Assembly (NCBI GenBank): GCA_964036045.1
Contig: OZ038378.1
Span: 141,546,001-141,610,000, forward strand
Source: Eutreptiella sp. 'Long Island Sound 2002'
Lineage: Eukaryota > Protista > Euglenida
Length of the DNA: 64,000 nucleotides
Direction: 5' to 3'
Part shown: piece after piece, positions 35,579 through 49,197 of the stretch
Layout of the letters: each line of letters opens with the position of its first letter
Position numbering within the stretch: position 1 is the stretch's first letter
Made by a program: the position numbers and the translations under genes
Notes under the pieces: generated by a model
What the model saw: only the letters and a program-made list of their open reading frames with translations
Told to the model about the DNA's origin: nothing
Databases searched by the model: none

Positions 35579-36205
35579 CCCCCCCCCCCCGTGTCCAGGA
35601 ACCACCTTGCGCAAGAACCAACCCCCGGTTCCGCGGTCGAATTCTCGCATCACTTTTCCAGGGTAGTGTTTTTCATGTTTCTGGTGGATGTAGGACAGCT
35701 ATTCAGGTGTGCAGGACATCATTTCATGTGTGTTACTACGGGTCCCCCCATCAGGGGGGACCCTATCAGTCACCCACAGGTGCACATACCCCTTAAACCC
35801 CTCCCCCCAGCTTCAAAGGCGACTGCAGCACCGAAGCCTGGCCCCAAGGGGTAGCACAGACAGGAATTCAGGATGGTGTATCACAGGAAGAAGGGTTTCA
35901 CGTCTCAGCCAGTTGAACAATAGATCATCCCATGCACGTTGGAAGGCACACTACAGCCCAGTCAGTGGAGATTCACTCCTTTGGTGTTCATTTGTCAACG
36001 TGGTTCACTGTGGGAAAGGAGAGGGCATGCATGTCCCAGCGCAACGCGCCGGAAAATTTTTTTCCGCGGTACGGGATTGCCCACGGCCGTGCGCAAGAAT
36101 CAACCCCTGGTTCCGCGGTCAAATTTTGGGGGAAAAGTGTGCGCAAGAACCGACCCCTGGTTCCGCAGTCAAACATTGCCGGTTCCTGGACAAGGGGGGG
36201 GGGGG
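35579..36205. mobile_element. 627-bp MITE with 25-bp terminal inverted repeats, flanked by TA
   Basis: Left end ta|C12-gtgtccaggaacc, right end ggttcctggacaa-G12|ta. Three internal direct copies of gcgcaagaacc.acccc.ggttccgcggtc at about 35609, 36090 and 36141. Confidence 0.8.
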
Positions 36206-39200
36206 TAACACAAGTGGCATAGTAGTGGGCAAAAAACATGGCATGTATGTGCCCTCATCCACACACCCTACATTTGTGCGCAATGCAATTGCCAGTGGTA
36301 CTTGTGGTGCACACACTGTGGTGAATGAGATTTTTGCCTGGCAACCACTGATTGTCCCGCCAGAGGTGGGTCAGAGGTGGGGTCACTTGCAACACAGATA
36401 TGTGGGCTGACCATCTTGCCAATGGAGAGCCTACTACACCCCCCACTATTGCACATGACAATGGCAGCAACATGGCACCGGTGGTATGAACTCTTGCCCG
36501 CCTTAAAGAGCAGCTCAAGCTTCGCATCAAGGCAAACACTTCTGTGCCCACCACCACTCGCACCACGCGTTCTTGGCGTCTCAAGAAGCTCCCTCATCCA
36601 AAGGATGGTGGGTATCTTTCCGAATAGGATTCGACTCCTGAGGAGAGGTACACAAAGAATGACCCCACCTCTTGACGCTGTCTTGAAGGGATAGGTCTCC
36701 AAGCTCGGATGGATGACCGCAACATTTGTGCCTTCCAAGAGGTGGTTTGGTGCATGGGAGAGGTCCTTGAGCCAAGGGCCTAGTCAAAGGCGTTGGGTTG
36801 GTGTGCCGACCTCAAGCAGCGCATGGTTAAGTGTGATTCCACCATGTCCACAAAGCCCCATTGGTGGTAGCGTTCTTTTTTTTTTTTATGAATAGTGATT
36901 GTTCGTCTGTTGGTTTGTTTTGTTGTTGGGTCCAGTGGTTTGTTTTGGGGGCAGTTGTTGAGCCCTCCATGCATGTGTATTTGTGGGATGCCAAGGGAAG
37001 TAAGTGGTACATGTGGTCTCTTATTCAACAACTTCGCGACAAACGCATCCCATTAACCGCCAAGCCTTAGGGTGCCTGGCGATTGGATGGTTGGAGGTGC
37101 GGTTGTCAATCCCGCAGTTTGCTGCAGCAATTGTTGCAGTCGGACCCCCGTACTGATTTGGGCAAGTTCACTGCGGAACACATGCCACTGGCCTTTGTTA
37201 AGCATGTTCAACGCATTGTGAACAACGCTCCCTAGGTGCCATGCCCCCTTTTTCGGATTTCCATTGCATCTGCCCTCTCCATTCTATTACAACAACTGAC
37301 CCATCGTACACTACGTTTTTAGATGTAGTGTGTACAATATTCATCGGTTCCCCCTCAACCCCTTCGTCTCCTATTCCCTCTGCCCACCTCTGCTCTTGCT
37401 CTTTGTTCTCCGCTAATCTTTTGTGTGTTTGCCACTTCCTTCTCCATCAAACCCAATAGACCCTAACCAACCAACTAATGTGCTGTACACCTGCTGCTTG
37501 CGGTGTATCCAATGCCCACCCATTGGTCTCCCCTCCTATCTCTGTTATCATCCATCTGTGCCACGTCTCCATTGCCTTGCCCATGCTTGGAGTACCCAAA
37601 TTTTCCTTGGGAGAGAGTGTGCCCCACTTCACCTCTCCAAGTAGCAAAGGTAGTCAGTTTGGATTTTTTCCCCTTAGCACTTGCCCAGACACTAAAATTT
37701 TTTGGGGGGGGGTACACTCGCGTTGACACTACAAAAAATCAACATGGAAATTTTTTTTTGGGTGCCACGCGAGTACACTCGTGTGACACCTGTCAACACC
37801 CATGTGACACTTCCCCCTTCTTAGTGCTGGTAGCTGTGTTTTGCACTTGCTCTTCATGCGTCCCCTTCATGCTCCCTCCCCTGTGAGCTCAGCCCACCCT
37901 CATTTGTGATTGCATCAGTAGCACAGCTGCGAGTTTCACATTTCCACATCTCCGCCCTCCAAACATAGGCACTAATGTAAGTGAGGATGATGGGTCAACG
38001 ACACTGGCCGGGCTCAGAACCACTGTGAGACATTTTGTGGTGAATCCCCCACAACCCTGCACATTGTACAAGCCAAGCCTCCAGAATTCTCCACTGTGTA
38101 ACCCCTACACCATCTACACTCCTCCATATTGTGCCACCCTCCACAACCCTTTACAACCCACACCCTGGATATAGGTAGGCAGTGTGATGTGCCACAGGGA
38201 TGCGGGGTGTGATGTGTGAGCTATGGGCTGCAATAGTCGATGGGTTGTTGCTGTGTGTTGCCATGACTCACGTTTGGGATTAGGGGGCAGGATGTGGCGA
38301 ATTTGACCACAGAGCACCGCAAGTGCCATTGAGTGTGTGCTCTTGGGTGGTCCCATGTGCATGAGCGGGTGGACTTCATTGCACGTTGTCCACACACTAC
38401 AGCAAATGGTGGAAGTGGTATGGAGCTGCTGGATTCATGAGGCAAAGCACAATATCCTCGAAACCATTCTCCACAACATCCACACCTCTCCCCAACTATC
38501 AACAATCCTTATCCCTCCACACCCCTCCATGCATTCACTTCAACATGTCACACTGCATCCCCGCACAACCCTCCACACAGTACATCCCTCAACCCTCCAA
38601 GCTACGCAAGTCTCTGCAACCCTCACAACCATCCATGTTGCAAATGCTGCAAAGCCTCCTTGTAGAGGAATCAACATGGCTCCATAACCACCAGTGCCTG
38701 AGCAAGGTTCTTCGCACAGCTTTGCAGGCTTAGAAACAAGGCAAATTTCCAAAATTTTTGGGTACAAAGAAAACGTCATTGGTATCTGTGCTATTCAATT
38801 AGTCCTTATTTGGCAAAGACTGAGGCCTATGTGCTCGTCCGGGGGTGCCCAAAGTGGGAAGGAATCAATATGGCTGCTTCAGCCCCACCATCCTAGGTCT
38901 CCAAAAAGGGGGAGGAAATTCACCGGCGCTAGAAATCTGATATCCGTAATTGCCCCGATGGAAGAGCGGGCAATCCCTTCACCCACATTGTGTCAGTGGG
39001 CAATTAGTCCCTCCGTCTAATTGTCAAGGGCAAGATATCACCTTGACGACAAATGTCATGCTCAATGCTCACCGCTTTGGGGACGCCCAAACGGCAGGGG
39101 GTAAATCGCCACAGTGACCCCCCCCCCCCCTCTTCCACCGCATTTGGAGACCCCAAGACAGCAGGGACAGCATATTGATTCTGATCTTGGTTGAATGGCC

Positions 39201-40093
39201 TTGCCGCCTGTAGCACAACGGCACCACGGCAACAAAAGGATAGGCTGCAATGGGATAAAACCAAAGAGGACCAAACAGCATAAGATTGCAGTTACTGTTG
39301 AGCATGGATTGCAGAGGATTGGTCTATGGTGGGTTGCGCATTGTGAAGGGCGCTGAGACTTGTGGAGTGCTTTGCATTGTAAAGGATTGTTAGGATTGTG
39401 GAGGGTGGCGCAGTGAAGGGTTGTGGAGGCTTGTGGAGGATGACATAGTTTAGAGGGTTGCAGAAGGTTGTGCAGGGAGCCCACCTCCTCGTCAAAGGCT
39501 GTACCCCGCAGCCCACCTCATGACCCAACTGCGGAGATGACCGGTAGAGCGTTTGTTTGATGCCTGCCGGGAACCAAGTTTGAATCTGGCACTGGGCACT
39601 GCTGAGAGCCCTGGTGGGTAGCACAGGCGACAAGACAGGCATGAGCGAGTAAGGAGACAGTGTGCTCTGCCCATCCTATCCTATCCGCACAACATAGACC
39701 CCCACCTCCTCGACACACCCCACAGCCCATGCCACATCCCATGCCCCACACTGGCCTGCACCCCTAGAACCCTCAGCCTGCCACGTGTTTATCGCATGGA
39801 CTGTGTGTGGGGGGGGGGTGTTCCAAAGAGGCTGGTTGGTGAACGAGTCCAGTCACGTCTGTTGTGTCACCTGGAAGTTGGTAAGTGCAGTTTTGTGGTG
39901 AGGGTGGCAAATTAGTCCTCAGGATTCCTGCTTTTGTTTGCTTCGGCCTCTTGTTTCCAAGTGCATTCTGGGGGCTGAACCCCCCCCCTTGTGATCAGTT
40001 TGTGTAAATCTTCCCCTGGGAGGGGGTGGGGAACAGGGGGGATGGTCCGCATCAGAGAACAATGCATCGGTCCCCGCCAACCCTCCACCGCAG

Positions 40094-40454
40094 GTATCGG
40101 GAAATCTGCAATGCACTGGAGGCCGTTGAGAGGTCCTGCTCCGCAGCCACGGTGTTGATGGCCCGGTTTGGGGTGGCCCAGGCGCCGGACAGCAGCGAGG
40201 CCCAGCCCGTGTGCCGCCTCATCTCCTGCCTGCTGCAGCAGCAGGGCACACCCCTCGTGCTGGATGCAGCGCAGTGGGCGCTGGTACGCCACGCAATCCT
40301 CGGGGACAAGGGCCGCCCCCACTTGCCGAGCGTGAGGGAATTTATGGTGCAGTACGCGGAGGTCAATGGCGGCGAGGCCGCATGTGTGCACCGCATGTAC
40401 AGTCAGATGGCCCCCGGCAGCTTTCGTCTGGCAACGGCCTTTTCGGAGCAGTGA
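40094..40454 (+). CDS. RAB3GAP1: Rab3GAP catalytic subunit, last exon
   Basis: ccgcag|G TAT...PSVREFMVQY...HRMYSQMAPGSFRLATAFSEQ* matches the family C-terminus (REFIL...QRMYSVL...FRLAGAFS). Confidence 0.9.
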
Positions 40455-43400
40455 TGCCCCGGACGTCCAGGGCCGCGCTCCACAAAGCCAGAGCCCCACT
40501 TAACAATTCAGCAACAGTTGGGGGGTGGGGGGGGGGTGCTCCAGACCCCCCCCCCCCCCGGAGAACCCCCCCCTTAAGTGATTGGGCCAAATTTTGCTCT
40601 GGGCCTTCGGCCAATGAAAACTTTTCTCTGCCACCTTCGGCGCCAGCCAGTTCTTCGGCACCTTTAAAAACGCGGGGGGCAGTAGTACGGGGGCGGGGGG
40701 GGGGGGGATTTTGTCAGGCAATAATTTTGCAGGGAAATTTTCGCCTTTCAGATTGGTGACGAAAATTTTCCCTCAACATTTTTTTGGCGCAATTTGGGGC
40801 ACTTTCTGCGATTTGTGGATCTTCCATGGCGGCAGTAGCCAGGTATTGTTGCGCTGTTGTCGGCAGTCAGTGTGTTTGTCACGTCCGTTCATCTTGCGTG
40901 CTTGAGAGTGAGAAGTTGGTCGTCGAGAATGTTTGTGAGCTTGGTTTGAGTGGGGAAAAGGTAAAAAGGTAATGTTCAAAATTTGCGCGTGCCAAAGTTG
41001 GACACAACTGATTGTCCGCAAGGAACCCAGGGTTGGGGGTGTGACGATATTTTCCCCTCGCGAAATTTTCCCTTCCTGTGTCTGATCACCCTGCACCAAA
41101 ATTGGACGTGTGACGAAATTCTCCCTGTCGACATTGTCCCCAGGCGAAATCCCCCCTCCCCCCAAGTGGAACTCTGCACAAGGCCCCCTGCCGAACCGCC
41201 GGTGAGTGGCGGTTTATCTGCGGCGCTTGGCTTGTACTCGGCGCTCAGTTGCGGCGGTTGGCGGTTCGCTGGCAACGTAACCGACTGTTGTTGGCGGTTG
41301 TCCACCGGCCGCGGAGGGAGAGCCATGACCTCATCGAGTCGTGAATGACGGGGGCAGTGCCCGGCAGCGCACGCTGTGCGATGCGTCTCCCACGCGGTGA
41401 CGCACGCCCCTCCCACGCCCCGCGCCTCGGCCGGGCCCAGGCCCCACGAGCGCAGCCCGGACCCATCTTTCCCGCTCGGCTGACCTCTGACCATCGCCCA
41501 CTGGACTGGGGGGGCTACCAGTGGATTGCCCCCCGGCGTCCGCTTGAGGGCGCGCCCCAAGAGCCACGCCCCAAGGGCCCCCCGGTCAATGAGCCACGCG
41601 ACTGCTCCGCGCCGGAACACACCCTGAGACTGGCCCGCGCAGTGGCCTCCGTGTACATGCAATGCCCCCTCTCTTGAAGCGACCGAGGTCCCCCCGGGGA
41701 GCTCCCGGTGGGTGTCTGTACACCCGCTGCCTGGGGCGGCACGAGGCCCCCGGAGGGCCCTGGCTGCAGCAGCACTGGGCCAGACCGGCTGCTGCGGCGG
41801 GGGGGGGGGGGGGGGACCCGCCTGCTGGTGCCGTTGGTGTCGGGACCCGCCGGGCATGTCTGACCTCGCTTCAAAATGGTGCTTATGATTGTGTTGGCTG
41901 TGCACACCGGCTTCCCATGATGTCCGAATGGATTCACCCCCCTCCCTCCCCCCCGCCCCTCCCGGGCAGAAGCAGCACTTGTGAGTAGCGGGACGGCTGT
42001 CCCATTGTCCCCAAGTGATATTGCGTTTCCCCAGTGGTCAGGGGTAGCCGAGCAGGCTGCCCACCTCTCGTGTTGCAACCCACCCTCTTCACTCCCGGAC
42101 CAACGGGTGGACAATGAGGCAGTGACGCTCTAGCCTTTACCCAGGGCAGGAAGGGCGTTGCGGCATGTGACCTGAGTTGCGTTCTGATGTACTCACTCCG
42201 CTGGACAATGCATCAGTCAGACTGTGGGGAATTAATGTCGTTGGGGCCGGCGCGCCAGGAGCAAAGTGCGTGGTGGTATACAGCACGGCTCAGACCAATC
42301 AACCCGATATTTTGTGGCATTTTTTTGAGCCACCCGGAGGGCGGCGGGGGTTCGCCTTGTTTTGGGTCTTGGGTCTAGCGGGCTAGAAGGCAGGAATGTG
42401 TCAAAGGTAGTCTGGGATTTGGGGCTGGCGGAGCTTGAAGTGTCAACTAAGCGTCTCGTTTCACCCTAAGTATCTCAGGCATCGCGTCACCCAAGTTGGT
42501 ATGCACACTGGGCACCAATTGCAGGGTGCTAGGTTTCAAATCTTGGCACATGCATCATTTCTTCTGGGGGCACAAGTTGAAGGTCCTAAGGCACAATTTG
42601 ATTACTATGTTGAAGAATGATGCACTGCAGGCACCAGGTGTCCCCTCCTCTCCATCGGTCGCTGTGCCTTCCGCGGCCTCTAGCTTCTAGCACGTCCCGC
42701 TGGATAGGCATCACAGCCCAGTGCCATGTCAGAAAATCCACTAACGCAATGAAAGGCAACCCCCTGGCCTAGCACCGCGCGTGCTGATGAGCGACCGTGA
42801 GCGCTCTTCAGACAGTGAGGCCTCGAACTCGTCTTCTTCTTGCCATGGGCAGTCCTGCAAGTACGAATCCCAGGGCTTTGAACACTCCCAAAGAACCCAA
42901 GGTCGAGGGTTCCAACCGATTTTGGCATCGATGAGTTAAGCATGCCTACTTGCACGTGAACAGGGCTCATGCCCTGGAATCATGGGTGGCAGGGGGGCTG
43001 TTGATGCGTGCTGCCAACACCCCACCCACCCACCGACCCACAACCCAAAACCCCCAAATGTTTGTTATTCCTGTTCTATTGTTGTTGTGTAATTTTCTTC
43101 TTTGTTGCTGGGACCTCTTTTGGTTGCCTAGTGTTCAGCTTTTTTTTTGGATGATGAGAATCGCAACAGAGATGGCGATGAGGTTGTGTGAAGGCAAGGG
43201 TGGTTGGAACCAAACAAACATCAGCCCAGGAATTTGTAGGTTGAGAGTGTTGCCACAGGATCTCTGGGCGCGCACCGTGCGCTGTGCACGCGCTGTGCGA
43301 AAAGTAGGACATTTTGGACCCGTTTCCCCTGATGGCCAAGGCAATTGCGGTAAGCCCTGCGTTCCCATACACAGGACTGCCCACATTCGTACTCAGACCA

Positions 43401-43763
43401 AAAACTCAGATGGTGAGTGAAAACAAACCATGCTTCACACCGAAAATGCCAGATTGCTGTCAGTTTTCTACTCAACTTTGCCTTTTTTTTTTACCCTGTG
43501 GATGTATGCTTCCCCGGTGGTGAGTGGTGGTCAGGGTGGCCATGGGAACGCTTACTATTGGGCGCTGTGCAGAAACACACCCTGTGTTCCCGCAGTGGGA
43601 GTAGTTTGGAAGGCAAAAGGGAGTCTCCACAAGCACGATCAATGCGTGCGTACCTCTGCATTCGTTTGCAATTTCTTGCTCTTCGCACACAAACTGTCTT
43701 TGCCCCGGGCACTGTGGCCCGAGTTCTACACCACTGTGTACAGCTTCATGGTCTTGCATCGAC

Positions 43764-43838
43764 ATGCAGCAGGCGCTCCAACAGATTGATCAAGGCGTGC
43801 GTCATCCCAACTTCAAGCCTGTAGGCACATTGATCAAG
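43764..43838 (+). CDS. PXMP4: Peroxisomal membrane protein 4, exon 1
   Basis: MQQALQQIDQGVRHPNFKPVGTLIK|gtgtgc; joins ALRNG in phase 0, as expected for the family N-terminus. Confidence 0.7.
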
Positions 43839-46730
43839 GTGTGCAGGGTGTTTCTCCTGCAGATTGCTGACAACCTGTGCATTGTAATCACAGGCGGGAT
43901 GCACACCCCGTGTGGTTTGCATGATACGTCTGGTGTCCAGAATTAATGCGCTTTGGACAGGAGGTTTGGGATGTGCAGGTCGTGTGGTTGCAGTGAGCCT
44001 TTGTACTGCAACACCGTTTCCCGTACTCAGCATACTGTCCCCTGCCAGTGTCCAACAGCACTCATTGCTTCTCTCGCCGGCCGAACCCGACCGCCTTCGG
44101 GCAGTCCAGGCGGAAGAGACGTACAGAAATCATCTGACTGCATTATGCCCCAATCCCCCACACAAAAATCGGTCATGGTCAAAATCGGCCATCACAAGTC
44201 CCTTTTCCCCGTCAGCCATGAAGCGGGGCAGAGGAGGCGTGAAAAAACCGAAAACAGGACAAGGGTAGCACCAAAGGAACCCACTTGTATGATTTCTCTT
44301 CGCCCCCATGAATGTGCATACCTTCCCATTGTATAGTACCCCGCCCCCGCCCTTGCATGGGCTACGGCTTTGTCTACGCTTTGGCGGGCGTAGGGACTGT
44401 AATAATTTGGAACCTAATTTAGTTTGGCACCAAATGTAGTGCAGCCACATAAGACATGGGTCTGGTGACAAATTTGCCAGTTGCATAGAGTCATGGACAC
44501 ATTTGTTGTGAGTGTTTGCCCACTTGAACCCACAGGTTAGGGTCAGGGTTGCGGTGTTGGAGTACATGAAGGGTGGGTAGATGGTCACACACCTAAGCCT
44601 CAAGCCCAAACCAGCCCCTAAACCTCAGGCAAAGGCATCTTAAAAGGCATCTTCGAGTGGTGAGCATGTGCAGTTGTTCCGCATGGTGCATCATTGCAAG
44701 AAGGGTTCCCAAGCCGAACATTTGTAGGCTTCTCATGCTTCATTGCTTGTGGGAGCATGGGTGTGAACCTGAAATTTCATTTCCAAACACTTTCTTGTGT
44801 TTGCATGCCTTTGGGAACGTGGGTGTGAGTAGTTGGATGTGTTGGCGCATACAAAAAAGTAGGAAGGTGAGGTGCGCAAACGGAGACATTCGAGAGGGCG
44901 TTGTGGGCACCAGCGGGTTCTGGGAGAAGTGCTGGTGCTCCAGAAACCAAAAACCATGCACCTGTGGGAGACTGTCTACCTCAAGGTGTCCTGATGCTGT
45001 AGGGCTGGTGATCCATGGCCCCCGTTGGGCGAGTCCCAGGTGGGGCCGGACACAGCAAGCAATCCGATCCTGCGATCCTACACGGAGGGATGGCATCAGA
45101 AGGATGGCACACTGGAGTCTGGAGATGGGTGAGCTGAACCTGATCCCTGTTTCCTACGCCCAAGCCGTGAGCGGTCACCCACCTCCTAGCTTCTGTTGAG
45201 GCATGATCCGTCCCAAATCCCTGCCGTATAACAATGGGGACGGTCTTTGCAAGATGGAAGCAACAATGCCACTGTAATACCCCCACTGATGGATTATTGT
45301 TCCTATAGATGCCGCGTTTGGGCTCATTGGCTTCATGGAGGACTGCACAATAGCTCAGTCCGCTGAGTAAGCGTACCACCATAGCCAAGCCGTATCTTGC
45401 AGCAGAACAGCACATGGCACACAGCACACTAGACACCACAGAACGCACCTGCCTTTTGCCTTGCTGTGTATGTTGGCTGTGTTGCTTGCTGCATTGCAGG
45501 GAAATGGGAGTCAGTGGGCAGGGACTTGGGCAAGGAGGGGGCAAACCAGCAAAGGGCAGAGCCAGAAAGCACGGCCCAGCATTGGGTGTTTCACAGGGTC
45601 TCTAAGGCTGTTCACTATCCATTTCATGGAAGTGGTTCTGTGTCACATTTCCCAAGCTTTTCCAATTCAACAAAGGGCGAATGAATTGCTCACCGTGATT
45701 AAGAAATCAGACGTATGACAGCTCACAATCCAACATGTCCCGGACGGCAGCTGCAGATTGCGCGGACCTTTAGAGGCGGCTGTCCTAGAACAAGCTGCCA
45801 GGTGTTGCAGGGCCAATTGTAGCACATGAGGGACCATCCGTTGTGACCACAAACCATCATGATGCGCAACAACACAAAATGGTGCACTCCCACCTGCGCC
45901 TCTTGGACTGTGCATTTGATGTTGAATGGGTGAAGTGGTTGCCGTCAGTCATGTGTACTACAAGACTTTGCTCTCGCATCTGCCGCTCCTACTGTGCAGT
46001 AGAACGTCATTTTCACCGTTTTTTTTGGCAATGGTTGCAGACAAAAAGGAGTATACACGTTACAGAAAAGAAAAAGTACATGCATTACGCCAGACACCCA
46101 GACCAGCAAAAAGCGGTAGGTAACCTCTGCTGTTTTGGGGTCCCCAGCCCGAGGAGGCATCTAAAAGGCTACGCAATGTATGCCATCTCAAGCAGAAAGA
46201 AATCAAAAAAGACTGCATAACCCCTACCGTCTCAGCCCCAGAGGGAAGGGGCAAGAAGCAAGATAAGCTTTGGAATCTGTTACAAAGCCTCTCAGGCTGT
46301 TTCATGCGCTGCCCAATTTCTGTCAAATACCAGAATGCCTGTGTCACGAAGCGCATGTGATGTGCCAGTCCATTTTCCATGGGTCACACGAGCTGCCTCC
46401 GCTCTGCTGTTGTTGTCCCAGCCGCCAGTGTGGCTGTCCCCGCGAGCCAGAAACGACCCGGCGAGGCTAAGAGTAACGGAAGAGGTACGATGGCGCCCTC
46501 TCAGGCATGTTTGAAGGGGGCGAGGGCTATGCCTCCCCTTTGGGGGTGACAGCCTGTTCCATTCCTAACGCTTCTGGCTGTGCCCACCTGCTCACCGCCA
46601 AACCCCGCTCCCGCTCCCGTACAATTAACAATATTGGCAACAAAATTTTGAAACAACCCCTCAGCCCGCTGCCCATGCATCCCTTTCCCTACCACGTTGC
46701 GTCTCGGTATCCCCTCTTTACTGCCCACAG

Positions 46731-46813
46731 GCCCTTCGGAATGGCTTTGTCTATGGTGCGAAAGTCCGGAGTGTGAATGCTCTAATAATGACGATCTTGT
46801 TCTCATCGGGGAG
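46731..46813 (+). CDS. PXMP4: Peroxisomal membrane protein 4, exon 2
   Basis: ccacag|ALRNGFVYGAKVRSVNALIMTILFSSG AG|gt matches GFRNGAVYGAKIRAPHALVMTFLF. Confidence 0.9.
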
Positions 46814-47710
46814 GTCTCTGTGCATGGGCGTGTGTGTGCCTTTCTGTGCGTACACATGCGTGTGCGAACTCTGCGTGCAGGAAGACTCCATTTGCCGCCA
46901 GCCCACAGCAATGTTTGCAGGTTTGATAAGGGGGTGCACCTGTGCACGCGACTGCAGCATTTGTCATAGTTTGGGGAGTGGTGTATCTTCGCGATTGGTA
47001 TGCCCGCGATTTGGAAGTTTGAGAGCTGTGCACTCTGGGCCCCATTGGCTGTTATCATTGCTGCCTGTCACCCTCCTGTGGAGCGCAGCAGGCATTCCCT
47101 CAGTGGAGCAATGTGGCAGAACGGCGCATAGCTCGCCCTCATGGTCCGATGACCAAGTGCTCCAGTGGCTCTGCACTTGCATCTTCGGGCATACGGAATG
47201 CGTGGTCTTTCCAGGCACCCTTTGGTCTCTACTGCGACAATTCATCATTTGGCTTCATTCCATGCTCTGTGCATTGGCATTTGTGTCCACGTGAGTAATT
47301 GTGATGTCTGCATGGCGCTCAGCCGTGTCCGTGTTGGCAAGTGAGCTCTGAAGTAAAGTGATAAAGAAACTACCCCCCTCGTGCTAACGCAGCACCCTTG
47401 TCCAAACAAGCCATGCACGGGTGGGCCGTCTCCTCGGTTTGGGTACGCGACTCCCCCCCCCCCCCCCCCCTCCCTGCCCTCCGGGCCCACTTAGTTACCA
47501 AGGGTCAATAGCTACCGGCCATACATATGGTGGCCCCGAAGGCGCCCGAAAATTTTTTTCATTCTCCTTGCCAACGTAGCATCCCTCCCCGCCCAGGCGG
47601 TGGAGCACCCCAACGCTATACTTGAACCCAACCTTGACTCCAACACCCACCCCAACCCTCAGCCTGCTCCTAACCCCTACACCGAACCCTACCCATGACC
47701 CTAACCCTAA

Positions 47711-48992
47711 TCAAGACTGAATATTGGGACCGAGCTGGTGGGGGAGGGAACATTAGCTATGACTGGTGAAGGAAATCAAGAATGATTCACACATTGATGG
47801 CTCTTCACAAAGTGAAATCAGCTTGCAAGTCAACCCCATCACCACGAGGCCCACTTTCAAGGCTTTTGTTGGACTTCTGAGGGGCCAAAATGCCCCAAAA
47901 TGGGCTCAAAATGGGCTCATTTCACCCGTTTGTGCACCCCAAATGGTCTAGGATGACTTTTGGAAAAACGCGTTTTTGACCCATTTTTGACCCATTTTTG
48001 GTCCCGAAACAGCCTTTTTTCAAGGCATTTTGGGATTTTCGGAGGACCAAAATGGGCCACCACAAGCTCAAAATGGTCCAAAAACACTTGTTTTAGCGTC
48101 GCACATGGTCTAGGATCATTTTAGAGAAAAGTCATCTTTTTGCCCCTACTGGACCCTAATGACCCATTTGGGCACCCACCTGTTTGGGCTTGAGCTTGCA
48201 GCTTGCCGCAGCCTAGTGGGCCTAAGTACGAGGGTGTAGGCGTCCGTTTGGGCAATTCTAAGGGGTGGAAACCACAAAATGTGGGGGGTTGCGGGTGGAG
48301 TAGGTGCCCTCGGAATCGCATTTTGAGCCATGTAGCCAAAGATATGGCCTATTCTTGGTTTGTGGCTGTCGGCATTTGAAGCTTCTGGGGCCTTTTTGGG
48401 CCGTTTCCGGGACATGTCATGGAGTTAGAGGGCGGCAAAGAGCTCGTTGACACAGGGAAGTCAAGCCGCACGTGCAGAGTAGCCACCATTTCCCTTCGTT
48501 TGGCCGTTTTGAATGTGTTCTAGGGCTTTTTAAGCCCAAAAATGGCTGTTTTTGGCCCTAAAGTGCAGTTTTTGAAACTGAGGTCCGCCACTTGCACTTG
48601 TAGTTAATAAAATCGCCTTGGATGTTTTCACCCTCGTTTTTGAAAAGCAAAATCCACAAAGTTAATCTCGAACTCTTCAATCACGGTGCAAAAGCATATA
48701 AAACAAAAGTCCAACACTTCCCGGCCGCCACCGTTGAGTTTCTTGCTCAAACTTTGTGTGATTGTACTTCACACCCATAGGTATCATCCACCAAAATTTC
48801 ACCCGAATCTGAACCCCCACGACGGAGTTCTAATTTTCCCCCATTTCGCGCGTGCTGCTGCTTGCTGCTTGCTGCTGCTTGCTGCTTGCTGCTGCTTGCT
48901 ACTGCTTGCTGCTGCTGCTGCTAAACGTGGTAGGTCCACCCTAGACACTAAAAAGGGTTATAAAACCAAGACTGGTTCCACCAGCTCGGTGA
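47711..48992. mobile_element. Solo copy of a ~1.14-kb non-coding element bounded by CCCTAA-type hexamers (with a ~120-bp insertion)
   Basis: Begins ccctaa|tcaagactgaatattggg and ends ccagctcggtga|ccctagccctaa; homologous along its length to the units at 56768-60240. Extra sequence at about 48597-48717. Confidence 0.8.
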
Positions 48993-49156
48993 CCCTAGCC
49001 CTAACCCTAGCCCTAACCCTAGCCCTAACCCTAGCCCTAGCTCTCACCCCAGAGGGAGGGCAAGGGGAGGTAACGGGAGCCACCTGGACCCCCCCCCCCA
49101 ACCGACCCTCCCGACCCCCCCCCCCCCTATCACCCCTCCCTGAACCCCCCCTCCGA

Positions 49157-49197
<41 letters not shown>

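Noticed and set aside
38280-38340. Zinc-knuckle-like GCGEFDHRAPQ segment
   Set aside because: It needs a frameshift to complete and has no supporting gag/pol context; too short to call.
41345-42960. GC-rich ORF-like stretches between the two genes
   Set aside because: No recognisable domain and no consistent splice-phase chain could be built.
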